A stretch of DNA of 61,406 nt, counting the filler. It is 10 parts of 10 records of this genome, joined end to end, with 100 filler letters (N's around TTAATTAATTAA, not from the genome) between each part and the next. Parts side by side here need not be neighbours in the genome. Positions count along the whole stretch, not along the records: positions 51,112 to 57,042 come from SRR15195285_5108; positions 57,143 to 61,406 come from SRR15195285_5117; 8 more parts are not named here. One strand, 5' to 3'. A program made the position numbers and the translations under genes. The notes beneath the pieces are model-generated. The model made no database searches. It saw only the letters and a program-made list of their open reading frames with translations, and had not been told where the DNA came from. Below, piece after piece: positions 53,350 to 61,406 of this stretch; positions within the stretch are counted from its first letter, which is position 1; the number at the start of each line of letters is the position of its first letter.

Positions 53350-56102
53350 TCAGACCTCATCGCTGTTGGGCTTTTTTGGCTTCTTGACCTTTCGTCTAAC
53401 TTTCCCGTCTGCGCCTCTGACTTTCTCTCCTGGGTTTTCATCGCCAAGCACCATGCTAGCCTTCTTTGGAGGGGCAGCCTTCGAGCTCGAGGCAACCGGG
53501 TTGCTCGTCGTGTCTGTTGAGGAGACTCTCTTCACCCGCGGCGCTACCTTCGGAGGTGCTTCTTCGTCGAACAAGTTGCGCTCACGCCGCGCATCCTTTT
53601 CCGATTGCTTCGACTTCGCGGCACCATTTGACTTCGTGGGACCATTTGAAGCCGAATCCATCACGTCCTCATCTGTTATAGCGCCGTTTTGGTTGATATC
53701 GAGCTTCGAAAAAATGTTCAATATCGCCTTCGTATCGTCGTAGTTAATGTAACCTGGCGCAGTTCGCCAGACCAGGTCAGTTCAATGAGAACAAGCCAAA
53801 TCTCTGCTCCAGTTGGTTTTTCTCACCTAGTCGGATCATCATCGCGAGCAAGAAATCATTTTTCTTTACTGCTTCAGCATCGCTGAGACGAGCCGAACGT
53901 CGTAGATCTACCAGGTCGCCCAGCGTCAGCGAGTCACCTACTCGGACGCACACGACGCGCACAAACAGTCAGTTCACATACGCGTGCCCGTAGTCACTAG
54001 ATACCAGGCCAGTGCAGCCGCCGCCGTACAGAGATAGCCTACGATCTCGAGAGTGTGAGTTGGTGGCTCACCGAACTGAGCCAAGACGTAGTTCTCCAGC
54101 TTTGCCTTGCGACTGTTCAGCGGCACAGACGCAACATGCTCGATTGCACCGGCCACCGCCACGACAGAGATTGGCACGAAGAATAGCGTAAATACTTTCC
54201 CCGCGTAGGTCTCAGGACAGTAGTCGCCGAAACCTAAAGTCGTCGCCGTAACGACAGTGAAGTACACCGCATCAATGACTTTCATCGACTCTACAGTCGC
54301 GTAGACGGCCGTGCCTAAGCCAACAACTATACTGAGTCCAAAGAACGCCGCAAAGATGCCTTTGCCCCCCGAGCCCGCTACGTCCTCTATTGTGACGCCG
54401 GTAGCCGATGCGACAGGCGTCATCGCAGTGTCAAGCGCTGCCTCAGCGCCTTCGAACAGATTGTTCGCCCAGTCCTTCAAAGTTTCTCCGAAGACACCGA
54501 CAACCGCACCTAGGATGCCGATGCCGAACATGACAAATATTACGGTGAAGCCCTTTGATACGTTCTTTTTGCTCTCAAGCGCTCGCCAGACCTGCAGAGA
54601 ACTCTCGCAAATTTTGACAAACCGCTCGTAGCATTCTCCGATTGTCTCATTCCCCTTCGTTGGGTCCACATCCGCACAGTCGTACAGCCCTGTGTCCCCC
54701 GGCATCCGCTGATCGCGAAGTTCCTTCGTCTCCTGCTCACTATCGGTGGAGAAATTGCGAGGAGGGGAAATCTCGCCTCTTGCGTAGAGCTGACGTGTCG
54801 TGAAGTGAAAAATGTGGCGCTCATCTGCAAGGACGCGACACCCGTCCTGCCCTCCGATGCCCCCGGATGCCGCGAGCTCATGCTCTGTCTTCGGGAAGCA
54901 TGTGGCCGGCAACGGCGCAAAGTTAGTTTCTTCGGCATCGTCATTCCGGTTCACACCAATCATCTTCCCAATGGCTACTTTGCTGCCACGGATATCCTTC
55001 GGGAGTAGAACGCTGAACGGCGCGTCACTCAGTATGGCGGGCCCGCCTCCGTACTCGCACGGAGGCGTGGTTGCCACCATCGAGGGCTGGTTCCCGTACC
55101 CGACAGTTGTGAACGACGTCACCATGAACACGAGCGTATTGATCGTGTCCCAGCCACCGCGCCCGCCCTGGATCTTGTCCAAGAGGGCTTCTTGGCGCAT
55201 CAACGTCTCGGGGTCGTTCAATAAATCCCCGCCGAGTTTTATCGGAGCCGCCATGAAGCCCTGTCAAGGAGGGCGCGACAGTTGCAATTATAGATACGCG
55301 CATGGCCGCGGCTGGCACTGCGCAAGGCATGGGGTGTCCCGCGAGAGCTCGCAGGATTCTCACCTGGTAAAACATGAAGCCCGTGAGCAGGTACAGGCCG
55401 AAGCACAACAGCGCCACGTACGCGGACGTGTAATCCACATAAGTCGAGAGGTCTCGGACAATTTTGTCGGGATTTTTGAGCGCGGCGGCACTGCTTGGCG
55501 TAACGTGGAGGTTGCCTCCCGGCAAACCGTCCACCCGTATGTCGTCGGGATCGGGAACCCACTGCACTGTCATTTTGACCTGCGCAGGTGGCATGAGCGG
55601 TGAGAGACCTGCACATCGCGGCGCCGTGCAGAGTCGGAGGCAGTGCGCACGATTCCAGACCCTGCGCCGCCTGTTGAGTCACCGCTCACGTATAGCTTAA
55701 CCTCTTCCTCGAACTCGTCGTTTGGCGCATCCATGTACTTCTGCACATTCAGGTGGTTTCCTGTGCGAGCCACAGCGCTCGTGACGGTTAGCTGAGTCGA
55801 GGAGGGCCCGCTGCGCTGGCCAAGCGGCAGGTCGAGCACGCACCACCAAGCCAAGTATATTGCCCACTTTTTCTCTTGAACTCCCACAACTCTAATACCA
55901 GCGTGTCCTCATCCTTGCCCCAGCGTGGCAGCTGCATGAGCGCGTCCTCCCATTCAGGGTTGGCACCGCCTCTGCGGTCGGGCAGGGTCTGCTCCCAGTC
56001 AGGGTTGTCCACGCCCATCCTCGCCTTGGCGACAATTTTCGTGGTCCGCCGCACCCCGGAAGGGAGCAGAAAGCCTGTGACCTCGCGCACGCTGAAGCCC
56101 AT
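53350..56102 (-). CDS. C2-domain two-pore (TPK/KCO-like) K+ channel with a C-terminal EF-hand (exons 56102-55844, 55760-55651, 55579-55364, 55260-54072, 53937-53827, 53753-53350)
   Basis: Pore motifs SFTTVGYGN and TATTLGFGD with 4 TM segments. C2-like GGANPEWEDA..TLVLELWE..WLG. TPK-like tail DFLLAMMIRLGYI..IFSKLDINQNGAITDED. All introns are GT-AG and in frame; the start codon is uncertain. Confidence 0.85.
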
Positions 56103-57042
56103 GGCCGCGCCCGCCTCGGAGCGGCGATGCCCTCCAGCTTCAGCTGGGAGGCCTCCGACAGCCGGGGCAGCTCGCTGCCGCGGACCGCCTCCACAACTGA
56201 GCTCAGTGCCCCACCAGCTCAGTGCCCCCCCCGCTCCGTGCCACAACTCACACTGTCGCGGCCGTGGAGCCCAGTCCTGGGTCCGCGTGTGCGCAGAGCG
56301 CTCCGCCCCCGCAGTCACGCCGCCGTGGCGCACTCACATGATCACGTGCCCCAGTGCGACGGTTGGCGCTCTAGCCGGCCCTCTCAACGCGCCCTCCCAA
56401 CCTCGCCCCGTCCCCTCCCCTCAGCCCTCCCCGTCCGTCCCTTCGAGCCTGCTACTCCCGAACCACCACTGCGCGGCCTACGCTTTCATCCCATCCATCC
56501 GCATCCCCATCTCCATCACCGTCCCCATCCCCATCGCCTCCCCATCTGGGGCAATCTGAATGTTGCACAAACAGAGCCGCCAGGGCGTGCCTCCCTCCTC
56601 AAGCAAGCAAGCCCCCCACACTGCGGCTAACGCAAGCCTAGCCCTTCAAACCGAACGGAACGCTCACGGTCACGGCCCCCCCCGATCACGGCTCTCATCC
56701 CATCCATCCCCATCCCCATCGCCATCGTCCGCCAAAAGGATCTATCCGGTTAAACGATGTATATCCATTATATATATATATATTATAGTACTGGTACAGT
56801 ATTGAATCTACTGTGTACACTGTACATGTACGTACTGGTACCAAGGGAATCCAACCCAACAATTGGCAGCCAGAAGAACGGTCTCGAGCGAGGGTCTCAC
56901 GTGAGTCTACTGGTACTGGTACGTGCGTGGGGCAAGCGAGGACATTCCAGACTCCTTCTCCGCTACAAACTCTTATTTTATCTAGGTCAAATAGCATATT
57001 TGATAGCAATGATACTGATCTTTTGGGTAAAAGAAAAGGCTG

Positions 57043-57142
57043 NNNNNNNNNNNNNNNNNNNNNNNNNNNNNNNNNNNNNNNNNNNNTTAATTAATTAANN
57101 NNNNNNNNNNNNNNNNNNNNNNNNNNNNNNNNNNNNNNNNNN
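57043..57142. other. Artificial contig spacer
   Basis: N-run/TTAATTAATTAA/N-run. Confidence 0.99.
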
Positions 57143-57349
57143 AACGTTAGTAAGAGTGCTCATGACCACTAGGATTCCTAGTACTTTCCAAAAATTCGGC
57201 CTCTACCGTGATGCAGCTTTTTTCCACCCAGACGAATTCTCAAATTCTCAATCCTTGCAAGGGTCGTGCGTGCAACCTGGGCATTTGCGCCTTACTCGGT
57301 ACCTCCTGCAGATGGCCGATGGCGGCCAGCAATGGGGACAAGGAAGCCC

Positions 57350-57520
57350 AGCGCTAGCTGCTGTGAACTGACTGCCTGCTGCGAACGCGGCCAACTGCCT
57401 GCTGCGAACCGCGGTAGCGCTGGCGCTGCTGTGAACTAACTGCCTGCTGCGAAAAGCGGTAGCGCTGGCGCTGCTGTGAACCGCAGCGAGCTGCTGTGAA
57501 CTGCCTGCTGCGAGCGCTGT
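57350..57520. repeat. Imperfect minisatellite directly upstream of the ABC transporter
   Basis: GCTGCTGTGAAC x4, ACTGCCTGCTGCGA x4, GCGGTAGCGCTGGCGCTGCTGTGAAC x2. Confidence 0.8.
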
Positions 57521-57562
57521 GACGTGGAGCTACCGCCTAGTTGCAGCGTTCCGACAGCGCGA

Positions 57563-60034
57563 ATGCAGGAGTCACTGCTGGACGACGAGGACCTGCTGAA
57601 TGAGGCGGATGGTCTCGGCGGCGAGGACGCACCCGCTCCGTCGAGCAGCAGTGCTGGCGGCGGGGACGAGCGTGAGGATGAGCATGTGCCGTGGGAGGTA
57701 CGGCAGGAGCAGCGAGAGCTGAAGAAGCGCGCCAAGGAGCGCGCCAGGGAGCAGCGCGATGCGAAGGTGGTGCAGATGATCCTCCGTGAGCAGCAAGAGC
57801 TCGGCAACGGCGGATCGGGTGTGCCCGCGGCCGCGACGAAGGAGGAGCTGAAGAAGCTCGACTCGAAGAAGCTGCGCGAGAGGGCGGTGCAAGTGGGGTG
57901 CGACAAGGAGGAGCTGGACAAGCTGTTCAAAGAAGAGGACGATAAGCGTGACTGGAGCGCTGTCGTGAAGTCGCTGAAACGCTTGGCGCAGGAGGCCTAT
58001 CCAGAGCGTCGGCTGCTCGCGGTCGCTACAGTTGCCCTCTTCCTTGACACGTGCGTCGGGTTGGCCATTCCTGCCTATTTCGGCAAGATCCTCGATACGG
58101 CGACGGACGGTGCGATCGGTGACATGCAGGCCATCAAGGACGGTCGGATGGCGACGACGCTTGCACTGGTGGGGTTGACCCTGTTCGGGAGTTGCTTCTC
58201 GGCAACGCGCGATATCCTCTTCAAAGTCACCGGCCAACGCGTCGTGCTGAGGCTGCGCAAGAGGCTGTTCACGCACATGATGCACCAGGACGTCGCGTTC
58301 TTCGACAAGACCAAGAGCGGCGAGCTAGTTAATCGACTTTCGGCCGACGTGATGATGCTCAAGTCGGCAGTGGAGAACGCCTGGGGCATGTTCATTTCCT
58401 CTCTCGTCTCTCTCATCGCCACGCTGTTTTACCTGTTTTTTGTCTCGTGGAAGCTCACGTGCCTCATGTTCATCACGCCGCCGATCATCATCCTGATTGG
58501 TGGAGTCTACGGGTCTTACCTCGAGCGCGTCGCTAAAGCGACGCAGGATGCGCTCGCAGGCGCCACCGACTCGGCATCTGAGAGCATCTCTGGCTTGCGC
58601 ACCGTGCGTGCGTTTGCCAGCGAGACCTCACGGCTGGCACAGTACACGGCAAATGTCGAGCTGAGCTACCGCCTGGGGATCAAAGTGGCCGTGGCAGGAG
58701 GAATTTTCGGCTCGTTTATGGGTGGAATTGTAGGCTGCGCTATCGGTGGCATCCTGTACGTGGGCGCTGGCCTTGTTGTAGAAGGCGAGATGACGGCCGG
58801 GGTGCTGACGTCTTACCTGATATATTGCATGGCGCTTGCTGGCTCGATCGGTGGGCTGGTTGGCACTTACGGCCTTGTCATGACAGCAGCCGGGGCGAAT
58901 CGCCGTGTTTTTGAGCTTCTTGACGCGCCGCCGCCGAGGATTCCGCTCCAAGAAGGGCGGCGACTAGACCCGGCGGCACTGCAGTGTTCGATACGTTTCG
59001 AGGATGTGTGCTTCTCATACCCGACACGGAAACAGCAGCCTGTGCTGCAAAGTGTCAGCTTCTCAGTCAGTGCGGGGCAAAAGGTGGCGCTGGTGGGACG
59101 CTCGGGCTGCGGCAAGTCTACGATCATGAACCTGATCATGAGATTTTACGATCCCGATTCCGGGCGCATCGTGTTTGGTGGCCACCCGTTGTCGGAGATC
59201 CAGCCAGCATGGCTACACGAGCACTTCGGGCTGGTCGCCCAGGAGCCGCTGCTGTTCGGTTGCACCATAGAAGAAAACATCGCGCTTGGAGTGGACGATC
59301 AAACTGGCGGCGAGGCTGCGGCACAGAAAGCGAGAGATGCAGTAGCCAAGGCAGTCCCGGAGCCAATAACACCGATGGGCCAGCTCAGGTCCAAACTTGG
59401 GCGGGCCAAGACTGCCCCAATGGATGGCGACGCGGAGACGTTTGTCGGCATCGACGGGTTGCCTGTTGGCAGTACTGCCGGAGGCGGCGATGCCGAATTA
59501 GGTAGTCAGAAGTCTACCAAACAGAAGTTTGCCATCGATGAAGCTGTGATGGACGCGGCCCGGATGTGCAACGCCCACGAGTTCATCATGGGCTTCGAAG
59601 AGGGCTACCAAACATTGGTCGGAGAAAGAGGGGTCCAACTCAGCGGCGGCCAAAAACAAAGAATTGCAATAGCGAGAGCTGTGCGCAGGAACCCATGTAT
59701 GCTGCTGCTAGATGAGGCAACGTCCGCACTCGACTCTGAGTCTGAGCATTTGGTTCAGACGGCGCTCGACAAGCTCATGGTAGGAAGGACGACTGTGATA
59801 GTCGCGCACCGTCTCTCGACAGTCATCAACAGCGACGTTGTCGTTGTGCTGGACAAGGGCCGTTATGCCGGTTGCGGGACCCACGATGAGCTCGTGCGGA
59901 CGAACAGAATCTACCGCAAACTAGTCCAGCACCAACTGCCCATACCAGAAGAAGAAACACAAGCGGGCAGCACGGGGGCTGGAGGCGGACCCGAGCCCGA
60001 ACCGGAGGCGGACGGAAGTGTGACCGCCCTATGA
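57563..60034 (+). CDS. ABCB half-transporter (ABCB10/TAP-like)
   Basis: TMD with FFDKTKSGELVNRLSAD and LRTVRAFA. Walker A GRSGCGKS, Q-loop VAQEP, signature LSGGQKQR, Walker B LLLDEATSALD, H-loop AHRLST. Confidence 0.93.
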   Translation: MQESLLDDEDLLNEADGLGGEDAPAPSSSSAGGGDEREDEHVPWEVRQEQRELKKRAKERAREQRDAKVVQMILREQQELGNGGSGVPAAATKEELKKLDSKKLRERAVQVGCDKEELDKLFKEEDDKRDWSAVVKSLKRLAQEAYPERRLLAVATVALFLDTCVGLAIPAYFGKILDTATDGAIGDMQAIKDGRMATTLALVGLTLFGSCFSATRDILFKVTGQRVVLRLRKRLFTHMMHQDVAFFDKTKSGELVNRLSADVMMLKSAVENAWGMFISSLVSLIATLFYLFFVSWKLTCLMFITPPIIILIGGVYGSYLERVAKATQDALAGATDSASESISGLRTVRAFASETSRLAQYTANVELSYRLGIKVAVAGGIFGSFMGGIVGCAIGGILYVGAGLVVEGEMTAGVLTSYLIYCMALAGSIGGLVGTYGLVMTAAGANRRVFELLDAPPPRIPLQEGRRLDPAALQCSIRFEDVCFSYPTRKQQPVLQSVSFSVSAGQKVALVGRSGCGKSTIMNLIMRFYDPDSGRIVFGGHPLSEIQPAWLHEHFGLVAQEPLLFGCTIEENIALGVDDQTGGEAAAQKARDAVAKAVPEPITPMGQLRSKLGRAKTAPMDGDAETFVGIDGLPVGSTAGGGDAELGSQKSTKQKFAIDEAVMDAARMCNAHEFIMGFEEGYQTLVGERGVQLSGGQKQRIAIARAVRRNPCMLLLDEATSALDSESEHLVQTALDKLMVGRTTVIVAHRLSTVINSDVVVVLDKGRYAGCGTHDELVRTNRIYRKLVQHQLPIPEEETQAGSTGAGGGPEPEPEADGSVTAL

Positions 60035-60283
60035 TAATGGAAAACATTGTGCTCTGAGCAAAGCAGCCCAAATGCCAGAACTACGTGTTGCTGCGTGATG
60101 TGTCCTTGCTAGCGAGTTACATACGCGTATCATTGCGTCAGCAGCAACGCGCGCGCACACACCATGTCCACGATGACAGATACCTCGTGCCTGCCTCTCT
60201 GCCGCCTTGCCTGCCTCATCTCGCAAGCGCAGGGTTTGAGCGAGGCACCGGCGGGACGAGATCGGAACAGTAGGCGAGCATTT

Positions 60284-60949
60284 TCACTGCATCCAAGGGT
60301 CGTAAACACGCGGCCGCCGCGGCTCTTTCGACGTGTCGATCTTCTTTGCCACCCACGACCGCGGGCCATCGGGAGGGTAGAACGCTCCGCCGATGATTTT
60401 GTCCGCCTGCTGCTTGCGGTATTGCGACTCACGCACCTCCTTGAGCTCGTACGCATCCTGCTGCCACTTTGGGTAGCTGAAGTACACGCTCTTGATGTTG
60501 CCAGTCTTCGTCGGCCCGGCTGGCGCAAAGTGCGCTGACGAGCGCGCGGACTGACTGCCGCCGAGCGTCGGCAGCGTGCTGCGGCTCTGCATCTTCCACT
60601 CGTCAGCAGAGACCCCGGGGAGACGAGCGGTCGTCGCACCAGGTGCGGCTCCCTGAGCAGACACGGAGCACAGCGGTGAGCCAGCAGCGGATGCAGCAGG
60701 CCGCGTCGGAGGCGGCGGGAGGCGCACCCCCCAGCACAGGCGCGGCGGAAAGAAAGTGCTCTTATTCTCCGAGGCGCAGGTCACGGATCCGATCACCCCC
60801 GCCGGGGGGCCCGCGACGCTGCGACCGTCCGTGTATGGGTCGCCGATCGTCGTATACGTCGGCTCGCTGAACAACGCCAGCCGCGAGTACCGCCGCTTGT
60901 CAATCGGTCTCTTGGCGAGCGCCGCCTGCCTCGGGCTGCCCATCGACAT
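60284..60949 (-). CDS. CFAP96/C4orf47 (DUF4586)-like ciliary protein (probable in-frame intron 60727-60653)
   Basis: RLALFSEPTYTTIGDPY resembles C4orf47 RIGLFSEMEYITVGDKY, followed by YF..DAY..RKQQADKIIGGAFYPPDG. Confidence 0.6.
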   Translation of the reverse strand: MSMGSPRQAALAKRPIDKRRYSRLALFSEPTYTTIGDPYTDGRSVAGPPAGVIGSVTCASENKSTFFPPRLCWGVRLPPPPTRPAASAAGSPLCSVSAQGAAPGATTARLPGVSADEWKMQSRSTLPTLGGSQSARSSAHFAPAGPTKTGNIKSVYFSYPKWQQDAYELKEVRESQYRKQQADKIIGGAFYPPDGPRSWVAKKIDTSKEPRRPRVYDPWMQ

Positions 60950-61406
60950 CCTCCGCCTCCACCTCACACCTCCCTGCGCTCTCTGTGGCGCCAAACCACA
61001 GCGTGTGAGAGACAGCCTGGGCGAATGGCAGGTCTGCAGCGATGAGGCGCTACATTTGCACAACGCGCTGGAGAAGAAGAAAACACAACTGCTCACGGAT
61101 CAACCGGCTCTTGTCTTCTCCCCCTCCACCTCCCTCCCTCCGTCGCTGTCTGTCTGTCTCTCTGCCTGTCTTCAACGGGCGGTTCAGCCTCTGGAGCGTG
61201 AAGCCGGCAGCTCAGCTAGCCCGCCATGCGACCATACGGCACTGCTGCTGCACCAGGAGCTGAGTTCCGCACCGTGGGCGGTGGGCCCTGCTGGCGTTTC
61301 AGCTTTCTGATCGATTTTCATGGACTGTAAGCGCCGGTATAATCTGAGTCCCTACCGGTAGTACCTTCAAACCTGTGTCAAGTCAAGTCAAGTGATGTGC
61401 ATTTAT

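Noticed and set aside
6544-57142. Recurring TTAATTAATTAA motif as a biological repeat, or the window as one gene cluster
   Set aside because: It is always embedded in identical 100-nt N spacers, so it is an artificial linker and neighbourhoods across it are meaningless.
57350-57520. Possible CRISPR array
   Set aside because: No unique spacers, irregular units, no cas genes, and a eukaryotic context.
1-61406. tRNA, rRNA or prokaryotic operon/defence system
   Set aside because: No tRNA cloverleaf or rRNA signature was recognised by eye (no scan was run), and the genes are spliceosomal-intron eukaryotic genes.

Overview
This window is not one locus. It is ten eukaryotic contigs joined by nine artificial 100-nt spacers (N-run/TTAATTAATTAA/N-run), so gene neighbourhoods only mean something within a contig. 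The DNA is GC-rich and gene-dense, with short GT-AG introns (about 70-135 nt, often with CTGAC/CTAAC branch points). Cilium-associated domains (CFAP97-like, CFAP96-like) and several secreted or lysosomal hydrolases suggest a flagellated heterotrophic protist. The style recalls Picozoa single-cell assemblies, but that is an unverified inference. About 20 genes can be modelled by eye: a secreted chlorophyllase-like hydrolase, an EF-hand/IQ protein, an EF-hand multi-pass membrane protein, a NIPA transporter, NAGLU (GH89), two ankyrin proteins, an F-box protein, two divergent bacterial-like glycoside-hydrolase-like genes, an FMN reductase, BLTP2/Fmp27, CENP-S, a TM-WW protein, an AGC kinase, a GYF+UPF0193 protein, TMEM245/AI-2E, an acyltransferase-3-like protein, a C2-domain two-pore K+ channel, an ABCB half-transporter and a CFAP96-like protein. 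A Ty1/copia RNase H remnant is also present. The most interesting observations are: (1) a C2 + TPK-like + EF-hand K+ channel with a ~175-aa Cys-rich insert after pore 1; (2) a small C-x7-C...C-x2-C...C-x8-C module shared by two unrelated secreted enzymes, visible in one only after splicing; (3) a recurring upstream architecture of dense GTAC clusters followed by CGCG-rich tracts; (4) a decayed upstream copy of coding sequence that degenerated by micro-duplications. All family assignments come from motif recognition, not database searches.
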